Assembly (NCBI GenBank): GCA_012295275.1
Contig: CM022670.1
Location: forward strand, 248,001-312,000
Origin: Chrysomallon squamiferum
Taxonomy: Eukaryota; Animalia; Mollusca
Direction of reading: 5' to 3'
DNA length: 64,000 nucleotides
In this document: piece after piece, positions 15,140-28,746 of the stretch
How positions within the stretch are numbered: the first letter of the stretch is position 1
How the letters are laid out: each line of letters opens with the position of its first letter
Notes under the pieces: model-generated
Told to the model about the DNA's origin: nothing
Seen by the model: the letters and a program-made list of their open reading frames with translations, nothing else
Database searches by the model: none
Position numbers and translations under genes: made by a program

Positions 15140-15210
15140 GTAATCACTTTTATACCTGGAAGGTTCTGAGATCAAATCTCTTTATTGATCAGAAAAATTT
15201 GGGGCAACTA

Positions 15211-15242
<32 letters not shown>

Positions 15243-15366
15243 TGATCAGATTTATAGGTGTAAGGTTTTGGGATCAAAATCCCTTTACCCACCACAGAGA
15301 TTAATTAAAAAAAAATTGGATCACATTAACAACTGTAAGATTCTGAGTTCAAATTCTTTCATCCCC
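15140..15366 (+). repeat. Three tandem degenerate copies of a SINE/tRNA B-box-like segment
   Basis: AAGGTTCTGAGATCAAATCTCTTT (~15159), GTAAGGTTTTGGGATCAAAATCCCTTT (~15260) and GTAAGATTCTGAGTTCAAATTCTTT (~15335). These resemble the GTGTAAGGTTCGGAGG segment of the SINE head at 3466-3536. Confidence 0.5.
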
Positions 15367-15519
15367 AGTTTTATGTGAAGATAAGAACTACTTTTCTTAA
15401 CTTATGAATCACATTTTTCTTTCCACAATTTTATAAGTAGATAATTAAAATACCAGTTTTCTTCTTTATTTAAAACTTTTTTTGTTGCTGAATATTTACA
15501 AACACATACAGCTTAAAAA

Positions 15520-15586
<67 letters not shown>

Positions 15587-17999
15587 AAAAGACTAAACAT
15601 TCTATTTGTTGCCTGAAAAATTGTATTTCTTTATCTTTTTATAGTGATTTTTTAACTGATGCAATATGCCACATCTGTTCTGCATGAACACCAGACATCT
15701 TGATTCCATGTCCTGTTTGAAGTTAATTGTAAATAAGCATGAAGTTGATGATTAATATCAAACTAAATGAGGCAAAAAATTGTATTACACAAATAGTGGA
15801 CAGAACCAGTTAAGTTTTATTTACTCTGCTTTGCCATTAGCTATAAAATTTGTTTTCCTGTTTTTGTTTTAGTATACTGAATACTTCTGTTTGTTTTTAT
15901 TTTACTTTTTAAAAATGTATTTGATAGATTTAATTTCATGTGTTACTCATAAATATTACATTATCTTTTTCAAATCTTAAATAAATTTTTATTTACATTT
16001 AATTGTTTTCTTACACAAGTATAAATTTGCATATTTATTACTGATTTCAATTGTTATGGGGTTTTTTGTTGGTTTTTATATTGGTAATTTGAAACTCTTG
16101 GTTTAATAATTAAAAAAAAAAAAATTGTAATAACTATATTATTTTTGTTTTCCCTTTCTATCTAAATATTACTTATCTGTTTTATTAATGATTTCTTTAT
16201 GGATGATTTTCTTTTCCAGCTATAAACTTGTCTTCACTTAATAATGCATAATTTATATTACATTCCTTGATAGGGTATATTATATATTTTTATTGCCTTT
16301 GTAGGTAATTTACTTATCACCTATTACATTACCTTTGTCAATTATTGTGTACTTCAGTCTTCTTATTCTCACTTCCAAACTTTTGTTTGTTTTTCTAAAT
16401 CCACTAGATTTGTTACTCATTATCTTCTTATTTTTTTTGCCACCATGATAAATCAACTGTTGTTTGTTTTGCAATGTAAACTTCTCACACTTCAGAGAAG
16501 TATAGTGAAGGGAACAGCATGATCTCTTTGTTCTTGTTTGTTCTTTACAACACCTTCTGTTGTGATAATTTAATTAACTTGTACCTTACAGAATGTACAC
16601 GTTTTGTTTTACAATTACTTTGAGAATTTGTTTTCACTTTCTCCAAAGATTCCATTATTAAAGGGATTATTAATGTAATTTGAAAATTTTCCAGGTTTTA
16701 AATCCTTTTTACAAGTATATAATTATGTATAAAGTGTTTAGACAACTTTACAAAAACAATTTCAGTAATTAAATGGATGTAATATAACTATTATGATCAC
16801 ATCTAGACTGTTTTAAATTCTGTAAGTATTATATTTTTTATAACAGTTGTTTTCTGGTAATAATACGTTTTTAATGTAAGATTAAATATAAACTTTTTTA
16901 TGTCCCATTTTTCTTTTTATTCAAATAATAATAAGAAGAAAAAAAAAAAAAAAAGGAAACCAACATTTCTACAGTTTATTAATTTAAATAACATTTTAAT
17001 TAGAAATATTATTCAAATTTTAAATTTAACTTGAGCTATTTGAATAACAATATAAATTATATTTGATATATATATAATATATATAGGCCTATATATATGA
17101 AACAGGTAAAAGGAAATGTTGGTGTACAGTTACTTTTTGTTGTAAATATGACATAATATATTGTTTTATTTATGTTAAAGAAATAACAAAATGACTGGTA
17201 TATCCTAACTGTTATTTATTTTCTTTTCACACCCACATAAACAATGTGCATGCAAGATGTCTATCAGTTCCTATCAGAGCTAATACAGTTAACAGTTAAC
17301 AGCATTACACCCACTGGGGCCTCCCATAATCCACCAGAACAAAGGTCATAGGTCAGAAAGTGATGCCTTGTCCCTGATTGGTGTTTTCTCTTAGAGAAGG
17401 AAGGAACTTTTAACTGCATGCTCCTGACACAAGTTTTTATTACAGAACCTTGGACCAAAGTCTGAGGAGTAACAGTTATATAGAATTCTGTCCTAAATTG
17501 AAGAAAACAAGAGACAGAGAGGGATAGGACAGTGATAGAGAGAAAAGGGGAGGATATACACTTATCTATCTTTGCTAGCAGAGAATTACAGACAGTGGGA
17601 TTGTCATAACATCTGCATTACAGCTTTACGACTTTGGTGCATTATTCTTAAGTGTGACCTAAGCACAAGAGAGAGAACTTTTTTCTTTTAAATATTTAAA
17701 AAATAAACTTTAATTGTGGGAAAATGGCAGAGAACAGCTGTTAGTCTGATTCAGAAGACTTGCTACCAATCAGAGCATGTGACAGCCTGGTTATTTATAT
17801 GTGTGACATAAAAGTCAACTGATAGACTCTGAAGATACACTGTTGTAATCACTTACACACATCAACATTTTTCTCTTGTCTCATCCTCATTTCATTTTTT
17901 TGCTTGCTTATGTAAGCTTAATTTGATTTGTGGCAGTTTTCTGCCAAAATATTTCTTGCTGGATGCCAAAAATAATTGTTTGCTTCTTTTGGATTGTAG

Positions 18000-18085
18000 A
18001 GTGAAATGGAAACATGATTTGCAGACCAAGATAAGCAGACACAAATACAGTGTTTTTGAGAAATTTGTGTCCACGGAAACAAACA
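18000..18085 (+). other. Candidate non-coding exon, 86 nt
   Basis: Acceptor ttgtttgcttcttttggattgtAG (AG 17998-17999) and donor CA|GTAAGT (GT 18086-18087), with a purine-rich interior. Confidence 0.35.
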
Positions 18086-19502
18086 GTAAGTTTTTAACTT
18101 ATCAGTTTATTTAATAATATTGTTCAGAAACACAGTTTTCTTCAGTGCATTGAACAATTATGTCATCTTAGATAATGTGTATTTTGTTTACATGTTTATA
18201 TGCAGACAAATTGGTAGATATGAAGATACAGAGACTTATCTGAACCTCCTTTGAGCCAATTTTATTAGATAATTGAAGAATTACGTATTATGTAACATAA
18301 AAATATACGAAAATGCATAGCAGCATATGCTTAATAATGCAAACCGAACGGGCCATTAATAGTATTTGGTCCATGTGCAAATTTTAAAGTGATCTAATAA
18401 ACTAAATATCTATTGATAATGAGAAAATGTAATAAAAATAAACTGTTTCTCACTTCTTAGAGCTTGTTTTAATAGTAAACTAAAGAATTATGCAATAAAT
18501 AAACTGATAAAAAGAATCTTACACTTATCAAAGTATAAATTTAAATTAAAGGAGCCATTTGTAATGTCTTACAATTTGTTTTAATAATATTAGTTGGCAG
18601 AAAAATAATGTAGCAACACAGAAATATGACAAATTACTTAACTAACTCATCTAAAGAGATATAAAATAACATAACAAAGAAATAGTGAGCCATTTCTATT
18701 TTCTTAAAACTAGTCTTTGATAACAGATTAAAGAATTAAACAAAGACTAAATTAAAGAGATATACCTATTAATAATATATTATAGTACAAAGGGATATAA
18801 AGATGAATACACCTATTAGTACTGCAGTGAAAGGAGACACAAGAGAATAAAGAATATATATTATTTTATATAGTCAGTGAATATAGCAACATCTTACATT
18901 AGAAGAAGATGTGAAGGAATTAGATAGTTTACACATGTATTTAATAATGATGGTAGTAATAATAATAATAATAATAGTAATAATAGTAATTTTCAGTAAT
19001 AATAATTGTAGTAGTAGTTGTAGTAGTAGTAGTAGTAGTAATTCCCAAAACCAAAGAATCTTTTTACATAAGGATTTAACAACAAAAAGCCAAATTGTGA
19101 ATGATAGCTAGAATCTGAACTTTCAGTTCCAGTTTGTTTGTTCTTCAGTATGGGGACATTTGTTTGTTGAATTTTATTTTGAAACACATTCACATGAATG
19201 CAGGCTTAATGAATGACAGTGCAGAATAACTGGTAGTCAAAACATTGATTAGTGTAGTCATAATACAGATACCATTATTTAATACACAGCAGAGTAGGTG
19301 AAATGTCCAGTAGAATGTGAACAACACTAACAAGAACATTTTTATAACACAAGGAAGAGAAAAATTCTAATACAGTACAGTTATATATGATAAGTCATTA
19401 TATTTTTTTTCATTTGCAATTGTCGGTCATAGATAAGAATTTTTTTAATTTGTATTTATATATTATTATTATTATTATTATTTATTTTTATTATTATTGC
19501 TG

Positions 19503-19533
<31 letters not shown>

Positions 19534-22500
19534 AAATTACATTTTACAATTAAAATGGTAATTTACTGACCAAGCTTAGGTTACAGTTTATGTTAAGTGT
19601 TGGATAAATGTCTTTTGCCAAAGTTTTTCTCTACATGAATTCATTTACTTAATGCTTTTTCTGGGAATATTTGTATTAAATCTTTTTATTATTTTCCTTT
19701 TCATTATTTTAAAATTGATTTTAAATCTTTTCTTTCTTTTATATTTCTTTTTAATCTCATTACTTTCGTTTTATATTTAAAAAATTAAAATGTTCTTTTC
19801 TTTTAAATTTGTTTTTAAATCTGTTATTATTTGTATTAGAAATTTTTACTTTTCCTTCTAAATCTGGTTTTAAATGTGTCAATTATATTTCTTTCATTAA
19901 AAAAAACCAAACAGGTAATCAGTAATTACCCGGCAGTGATCCATAATATATTATATAATCTTCTGAGAGATAAATTTATTTTTGTGACATGCAAATCACT
20001 CCACATTACCTGCATGTTCTTGATGATTAAATCAAGCAGATAACAAGAACTTGTTTACCTTCATCAAAATATTCCCATCCTCCACAAATACGAAAAGACT
20101 GCTTATGTGTGTTTGGTTCACTGCCAGTATCTTCCATGTAGGTTATGTAAATCTGTTGTGATTTAGATGCCACTAATTCTGCCATAGAAGCTGTAAAAAA
20201 AGTAAGTTGCTTTAATTATTACAGAAAATAGCAGTGGAAAAAGGCTTAAAGAACAAATCTTCTATTAATGAGATCTTTTTGACGTCAGAAGAATAGATGA
20301 AAAATACATATGTAATGTTAGAATAATCCTGAAGTTTTTAAAAAAATGTTTTGATTTTTTAAGAGCTTGGTGATGTAGTCATTTGCTTCATTTATGCAAT
20401 AAAAAATAAAAATAAATAAATAATAATAATAAATAAATAAAATGAATATTTCAATAAATAATTCTACATTTACTGATGTTGCAACCTAAGTAGGTAAATA
20501 TGTAATAGTTTTTTTTAACTTTTAATTTTTTGTTTTATCTTTACTTCATTACATATTGCTTAATACTAGCCATAAATTGCTGTTTATTAATGCATAAAAG
20601 GCAAAGAAACTGAAAAAAGTAATCCTGTTTTATTTATTACACAACATCAAAAGATAACATAATTTTCCTATTGAAATGTTTTTCCTAATGTTATATATTA
20701 GTGTTGTTGTTTTTTAATGATTGCAATTTTTTTTTTAATTATCAAACACTAATGCCATAGTAAGATTATTTCAAATTTTATTTATGCTGCACTATATAGT
20801 CAAATATATAATCATTAATAACTGAACTTTACTAATTAAATTTTTTTCTTACATAATAAGCAGTTCAGTTTAAAAAAATTAAATTTGATCTGACAAATTA
20901 ATTTTCTTCTTGAATAAGCAAATAATAAACAAATATAGTTTAGACACTTATTGTTATAATTAATCATTTAATTATGACATGCTAACATTTCAGCCAATCA
21001 GATTTACTTTCTTTATTAATCATTATTTCACTATAGTATAATTATTTATAATTACAGTTTATCAATGAAATGTTCTCTTACAATCAATCATCATTTGGCA
21101 GTCAACACTAGACAGTATTGTATAATTATTTATAATTAGCATGTAGCCAGTCAAATGCTCAGTTACAATTAACTATTCATAATACAGCAGTAAAAATAAG
21201 ACCATTGGAAGGAATTTTTTGGTTTTCTTATTTCTTGTCTTACAACAGTTGAATGATAAGCATGCATCAGTACTGTAGTTATCTAACTGTGTTATTTCAG
21301 TACAGTGTTTATTTTACTGAAGCATGTTTTAGCATCCTCACAGATGGCAGAACCATAAAGCTAACACATGACATTTAAATGATCTACAATTGAGGCAATC
21401 ACCACAGCCAGGTTCATTAACACAATCTGAAATCAATTTATCATTACAAATTGTTGACATTTAAGTAATTAAAAATCCATTAATTGCTGAGTTTCTGTGA
21501 CATGTACAAGGTGGTTCCCAGTTACTGCTTCCATATTGGATAGAATTACTTTTCAGAGTAGTATACAAATTATTTTATGGAAACAGAAGGGAGGGGAGTG
21601 ATTTTTTTCTTGTTCCTAATATTTGCTACTATTGTATGTGTGTATGTGTGTGTATTCATAGCAGCAGTTAGAACAAATACAAAAAATTACAACAAACTGA
21701 TGTCTAAAAAAAAATTAAAAAATAAATAAAATAAAAAAGCATTTCATTAACTATAGCCATTTACAGCAAATAATCTGAATTAGCTGTTGTAAAGTCCATT
21801 CTTTTTATCTTCTTTTTATGCTAGGCAATCAAATAAATATTTTCTTTTGAAATGTTTTAAATTTTTTCAATGACACTGGAGAGTTCATTTTTGTATCTAC
21901 AAATGTTTTATAGTGTTGCTATGGGTGACAGGGTCACATTTAAAATGCCATTCTGTTATCTTTATGACTGATAAGGAAACATAACTGATATTTATAGTGA
22001 CTATAATCACCCTCCATGCATAGATTTTAGACATACAAAACAGTCAGGATTTACTGCATGTACACAGCAATGTGTTAGGTTTTTTTTAAAGTTCAACAAA
22101 ATGACTTCATAAAATCTTTACTTTCCCACACATAACTTATAAATGATATCTGAATTCGTATGGGTATTTTATTAATTTTTAACCAATCTTATCTCAAACA
22201 GTAAGTACAAAATATTTATTTTGTAAGTGAAAAGAAACATTTTCAGATAGCATCATTATATGCAATTTTTAAAAAAGATTCCCAAGGTTTTTAAGATCAG
22301 TTTTTATATATATATAATTATTGTTAATTAGAAATCTAAAGTTTCACTTATGATTTTAGATAATTATGGCATGCAGTTGTTATTTGTTTCTGCAAAATTC
22401 GTTTGAAACACTTACGCATGCAAATGATGCATACTGGTTCTAGATTTCTCTTCAGATTAAATATTTAAATGACACAAATTGAAGGAGTTGTAGAACAAAA

Positions 22501-22569
22501 ATGATTTATTTTCGTAAATGTTAATATATGCAGCAACTAATTAAGACAAGTTTGCTGTTGTTTCTTTTC

Positions 22570-23105
22570 ATCTTTGCCGCTGTTTAACTGCTTTAATAAA
22601 TTCACCGAGACATCGTTTGTCGAGAAAAACAAACATCGTGTAAATAATATGTATCTTGTATTTCACCAGCAAAGCAACACATAACCTAACTTCTCTTTGA
22701 ATTGAAAATTGTTTGGTTCACTAAGAGAAATGGCCCGTGGCAAGGGGAAGATGTTTATGGATATTCCACGACTTGTTCACCATCTTGACTTTGATGGCCT
22801 TTTTCGGTTAGTTCCTGTAAACAATAGCATCAGCAGAAGACATGTTTATGTGATGTCACCGCTTTGTGTGTACTCTTCAGAGAGATCTCAGGCTAGTCGT
22901 GTTTATATAAAGTTGTTGAAAATAGCGTGTTCGGTGGGTCACGCACATAAACTGAACTGGCTGCTGTCACACTCCTGCCCTTTTATAAACAGACTAGGGC
23001 TGGCATCACTTAGCACCAGGACTCTAATCTGATGATGTCACACAAAAAGAAGCTACGTGTTAATACCCATTGTTAAAGTGTGTTACCAGCGATGGTGTAA
23101 ACAAC
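22570..23105. promoter_or_regulatory. CpG-enriched candidate enhancer or alternative promoter with a Forkhead-site cluster
   Basis: About 15 CpGs in ~530 bp against a CpG-poor background. Fox-type TGTTTAT/RTAAACA at 22752, 22817, 22843, 22900, 22985 and 23097; TGATGTCA at 22851 and 23033; CTTTGATG at 22789. Confidence 0.4.
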
Positions 23106-24319
23106 ATGAAAATTATCTGCCTGATACTGCTCATACCATCATACCACTACCTTTTTACCTTTGTTTTTCTTGATCAGTTTTCTATTATCTATTATCTGTA
23201 AAGGTATTTGCTTGAAGCTAAATAAGGAATTTAATATTACAAATATAGACTATTGTAAAAGCTGCATATTTCTGGTTTTTATTTTGTCTTACAAATCGAT
23301 AATACTTAACAATAGTAATGGTATTAAACCGTAATTGAAAATAAATTTTAAAAAAAATAATAATAAATAAAAGAAAGAACGAAAACAAAATGTAAATAAG
23401 TAAAGCATGCAGTAAATGCATTTGGACCTAAAAGTTTAAGAATAAAATATTTCCAAAGTCCAGATATTATTATTATTATTATGAATTTTTATTCTTTGTC
23501 AAATATAGGAAACTGCTGCATACAAATCTCTTTAACTGTGGCAAATATTTTAAAAGTAGAATGCAGCAACTGAACAGTCTTCAGAAATGTCTGATTTAGC
23601 CAGCAGAGCTGCTTTAATAAAATTATATTGCATGTACTTCACACTGACAGTATAACCATTAGTTATTATTTATTTCATGGATGGCAGTACTGTCATTAGT
23701 TTTGGAATTGCCAAGATGGCTTCCATGTTATGAATGTTATCAGCAGGGTGCGTGGCTGACTGTATGTTGATGTTGTTTGTTTATACAATATGAATGTTGC
23801 TGGGCACAATTCCAATGTGCTATTCATCACTTGTTGTATACAAATAACTGGATGGAGTTGTAACCCTGCCAATGTGGTGTCTGTTGGTAATGAGATGTAT
23901 ACTGCTTTCAATCTGTTCTGTTAATTATTTGGTGGGGAGACAGAGTGAGTGAAATAAACAGCTTGCTGAGGTATGGTGACATACTGGGTTTTGTATGAAA
24001 TGAGAAACATATTGTTATGTAATATCTGGTGTTTGTAATATTAAAAAATAATAATAATAATACTGGGGAAAAGAAAATAGTAGGGTATGTTGTATTTGAA
24101 ATGAGAAAGTGAACTGGACTAATGGGTTTGTTTATTAATACTGAAATGGCTGAGATTTAGAAATGGACCATACTGTGGGATGAAGCAGAAACAAATTTGT
24201 TTGTACTTGCAGCAGTATTACAGTCATTGTATCCTCTGAGTAAAACACACACATTTTGAAATGGGTTAATGTAGGTAGAAGAGTTTAAAAATGTGTGTGT
24301 GTGTGTGTAGCAGGGGAAT

Positions 24320-24849
24320 GGACAAAATGGCACCCAGAAGAAATGGCACTGTGCAGATTTGGAAAAAATGGCACCTTATAATTTTTTCTTTCTGTGTAGT
24401 TGCTTTAAAAAAAACCTTAAAAGTACATTTGAAAATAGTTTATTTATGCAATATTGTTACATAGATGTATATTAATATATAGCATCACTCAGCCACTTGG
24501 TTTTGCTTAACAAAGTACAGTATTACATCAGAGTTTAATATTGTACATAAACATACATATACACACACGTACAAATATACATACATATATATCTGTGCGT
24601 GTGTGTGTATGTATATGGATGTATGTGTGTGTGTGTATATATATATATTTGTATATGTGTAATATTAAACTCTGATATAACACTGAACTTTGTTAAACAA
24701 CACCAAGTAGCTGGATAATGCTATATATTAATATACATGTATGTAACAATACTGCATGAATAAACTATTTTCAAAAGAACTTTTAAGTTTTTTTAAAAGC
24801 AGTTATTCAAAAAAAATAAGGTACTGTTTTTTCTGTTGCCATTTTTTCC
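24320..24849. mobile_element. Fold-back/MITE-like element: long imperfect inverted repeat (~530 bp)
   Basis: The left arm AAATAGTTTATTTATGCAATATTGTTACATAGATGTATATTAATATATAGCAT is the near reverse complement of the right arm ATGCTATATATTAATATACATGTATGTAACAATACTGCATGAATAAACTATTT. Pairing extends from ~24361-24545 to ~24657-24833. AAATGGCAC occurs three times at the left end and TGCCATTTTTTCC at the right end, with a CA/TG-rich centre. Confidence 0.85.
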
Positions 24850-26241
24850 TACAATTGTGTTGCAGGGGCTATTTTGAAATTTGTGTTCATTTATTTTCAA
24901 ATGGGCTGCTGCTTCTGAAATTGTTTTGATATTTGTCACAGCTATAGCTCTTTGTAAGAGGGTTAACTCACTCCAAGCTGTTTTGAAGTTGCTTATAATT
25001 AATAACAGTAGTAGTATAGAAGTTGGCTTATAGTGAGTAAATAGCAATTTTGAAATAATGAATGTCTACAGATTTGTTAGTGATTTCTGTTGTTACAACA
25101 GTTTTCAAATGAATTGCACCATGAACATCAGTTTAAATTAGTTGCAGAAAACCCTGAATAGTCTCTAGTTACGTGTTTGTTTTGTGGTGTTAGTTACCAG
25201 CATTTCCTTGCTGAGTGGTTCCTGTCAAGTGTGACTATTTTACACAAGTGATAGGAAAGGAAAGGCTCGTCTGGAGGTGTAATACAGCTTGTTGTGTCTG
25301 TGGTCATCAGTGTCAGCACACAGACATTCTCTAGTTTATTTTACTTGGCAGCTCCAGCATGGAGCTCTCTGTCTTCACACAAATGAATCTGGCCTGAGTG
25401 AAAGTGGTATTATCTACATACACACTGACAGGCAGACATGACAGCCTGACACAAGGTACAAATTACTGCACACTTCTTGATGTAAGGAAGTCACTAATAC
25501 ATCTCGTTTGACATCAGCTTGTATATATTGCATATAACAGAGTCCTGTCAGTATGCATGCATGGAAAGTAATAATCTGCCTTGCTTACATTAACCTCCCC
25601 TTTGTTACTTTATTGATAACGACTGACTCAGAATTATATTTGCAGTTATTATATTTGCACCTTTATTTGGATTGGGAGGTTCTCTGAAGCACATTGGTGA
25701 GGTTTTGTTGAACTGGGAAATACACTGTTGTAAACCCAACACATTTTATTTTTCATTTTTTCTTCCATCCATTGCTGCACTTCCAGTATTTTGAATGTTG
25801 TGGTATGTACTTTCCTGTCCCTGTGGGAGCTGGTTGTAATCTATCATTGTATGAAACTAAGAGAAATGTATATATCTTTTCTCTTGTATATCAACACTCC
25901 ATAACTGTATATCTGATACTAGGTGCATTCAGCAGAAAATATTGACATGTCAAAAGAAATTTCATTCTTTTTTTTCTTTTCTTTCTTGTAAAAAATCCCC
26001 AAATATATCTAGACTTTAATACAGAAGAGTTTTAAATGCATGTTCCTCTGCTTAGAGATAATCACATTTTACAGTTTGACAGTACGTATGTACAACTTTC
26101 TCTTTTTTTTGTAAGCTAAATTATTCATTATCTTTTTAAGATAAAACCTAAACTGTTGCCAAGTCTGAACTGAGACATGACCTGTAAAAAATAAAATAAC
26201 AATAATAATAATAATTATTATTGTTATTATTAATTATTATT

Positions 26242-26277
<36 letters not shown>

Positions 26278-26487
26278 AGTAATCATTAAAAAAAACACTT
26301 TTCCGTTTTCAGCATTAACTTCTAGATGTTATAAATTGAACTCATTCCACAAAACATTAGTAACAACTTTTTAAAATCATTTATTTTTCTCATTTCATTC
26401 TATTTTTCTTACCTTTTTACTAAAAAAATGTTTATTATTGCTTTACATGTAAAACTGCAAATGTTTTTTTGCAAATTTAATTTTTAT

Positions 26488-26526
26488 ATTATTATTGTTA
26501 TTATAATTATTGTTATTGTTATTATA

Positions 26527-26570
<44 letters not shown>
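26488..26570. repeat. (ATT)n microsatellite
   Basis: Direct observation. Confidence 0.95.
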
Positions 26571-28164
26571 CAAGCTTGTTAATGGATAATAGAATATTGT
26601 AAATCTAAATTTGAAAGAAAACAAATCCTTTGCAGTAAATATTTCCTCTTTGTTAAAGATTATTTGGTCAAAAAATGGCTAATCTTTTTTCTTTTTTTCA
26701 ATTTTATATTTATTAATATATTTATTTTTAAATTATATACTTAAAACAAAAAACTACATGAGATTCAGGTGTTACAAGGTTCTAAACTTAAAATACTTAA
26801 ATCGGGGCTAGTACAGGCATACATGTTATTTATTTCTGATGTGACAAGTAGTTGGTGAAAATTTAACCTTTACCTAAATCTGTCCTGCAACAGGCATGCT
26901 TCAGTTACTTACGTTTGACGTGAGAACAAGTGCATGGTGGTAATGATTACAAGTAATAAGCCTGTGTTATGAAATGCCCACCATGATGTGATTTGTATGG
27001 ATCAGTGACAAGCAAGAATGTAAATGAATATTGTCATATTTCATTCTTTTCCTGCACATGCATGCACGTGGTGTCCATACTAACTGGAAACATCTGTAGA
27101 TGGAGTGTTTTTTTTTTTCTGATTTGTTCTGGTGTGCATTATAAAAAAAGCTTTAAAAAAATATGTATGAAAGTTTTTGTTTCTTTTTTTTTTTAAAAGA
27201 AAATAACAATAAATAAATAAATAAAATAATACTAATAAATTAAACTGAAAAAAAAAGAAAAAAGATTCCAAAATGTTTTTAGGAAGCAATTAAAAATAAT
27301 AACAATTATATTAATAAATAAATGAAATTAACAATAAATATAATAATAATATAACAAAATAATTTATGAGTGCAATTTGTTAAAATAAAATTTAAACACA
27401 TTCTTTCAAGTTTAATGGTTTTTTTTATTGAATTGGTTAAACTGGTGATGATTATAGCAGATTCATTTAATATTTATTTGACACTTTAATTTATGATTTT
27501 ATTCCTGAAATAAAAGACATACCCAAATATATTATTTTCTTCCTTTATTTTATTATTTAAAAAAAAAATAATAAAAAATAAAAGTTATTCTCGAGGAAGA
27601 AAAAAAAAATCGGAAATTTATTTTTATGATCATTTCTGGATCTGTGACCATAATATTATTAAGTAAACTCAGGACATTTTAAGAAATTTATTTCTGTGCC
27701 ATTTTTATTGTTCTTTTTATCTTTGTTGTCTTGTAATAAAAATAAACATATTTGTGTTATCCATTTTTATTTCCCTAACAACCAACATTCTTAATTAAGA
27801 GAAGTACTATGAAAACAACATAATAACATCCACAATGCACTTTGTCCTTTTGATTTTCAAATTTGCTCAACAGCAATTTATATATCTATACTTTGTTCTG
27901 TTGATTAATGGGATAAGTATACTTTATCTGGGTTTTAATTTTTTATCACGGCTCAAAGAACAGACAAGCCATTGTTTGTGAGGTGAGTTCAAAAGATAAA
28001 GCTTGCTTTTACTGCAAACTAAGGTTGCATAATGCATTCATCTTGGATTTCTGGCTGCCATGGTTTCTGGTGTTATCTGTGTGGAAAGAGTAATTGGCGA
28101 AGATAAGCTAGGCCGTTATAGTCATCGGTTATCTTCTTGTAACTAAAACTCAAGAGTTCCTTGA

Positions 28165-28625
28165 GAATAGTTTCAGTGTGGGTTTTGTCTCCGCTACAGG
28201 TGACAGGGAACATTTGGTAAAAACAAAGCAGCCTTTGATGTTTCTCTCAGTTAAACTATTAACTTTACTGTCATAAGTAGTGGAATTTCAGGCTTTCACC
28301 TCTGAGAATAGCTGTTTAAAATATTGGTTTTGCACAACTACAGGTGACAGGGAAGATTTGGTAATGACAGACTGGTCTTTGGTGTTTATCTTACAGTTAA
28401 CTGTTATCCTCGTGTTTGTATGTACATTTCTGATTTATAAGCTTCACACAAATTTATAATTTGAAACTTTCAAAGACGTGTAAAAAAAAATAAAAAATAA
28501 AAACTCTCTCTCTCTCTCTGTTACAGGTGACATGTAACATTTGGTAAACACAAACTTGTTTTTTATGTCTATATTTTTGTTAAACTTTTAGACTTTATTG
28601 TAGATGGATTTCTGGTTTATAATTC
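28165..28625. repeat. Three diverged tandem copies (~145-185 bp) with a TACAGGTGACA...ATTTGGTAA core
   Basis: Cores at ~28195 (tacaggtgacagggaacatttggtaa), ~28339 (tacaggtgacagggaagatttggtaa) and ~28522 (tacaggtgacatgtaacatttggtaa), with similar downstream GTTAA(A)CT segments. Confidence 0.8.
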
Positions 28626-28693
28626 TAGAGGATCAAGAAACTTCTTTAGATAATATTAACAATACATCCTCAACCCTCCCAATCCCCCCAAAA

Positions 28694-28694
<1 letters not shown>

Positions 28695-28742
<48 letters not shown>
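28695..28742. repeat. (CA)n microsatellite
   Basis: Direct observation. Confidence 0.97.

Positions 28743-28746
<4 letters not shown>

Noticed and set aside
22709-23032. 107-aa ORF in the CpG-rich block
   Set aside because: No homology recognised and no flanking splice pair; better explained as regulatory DNA.
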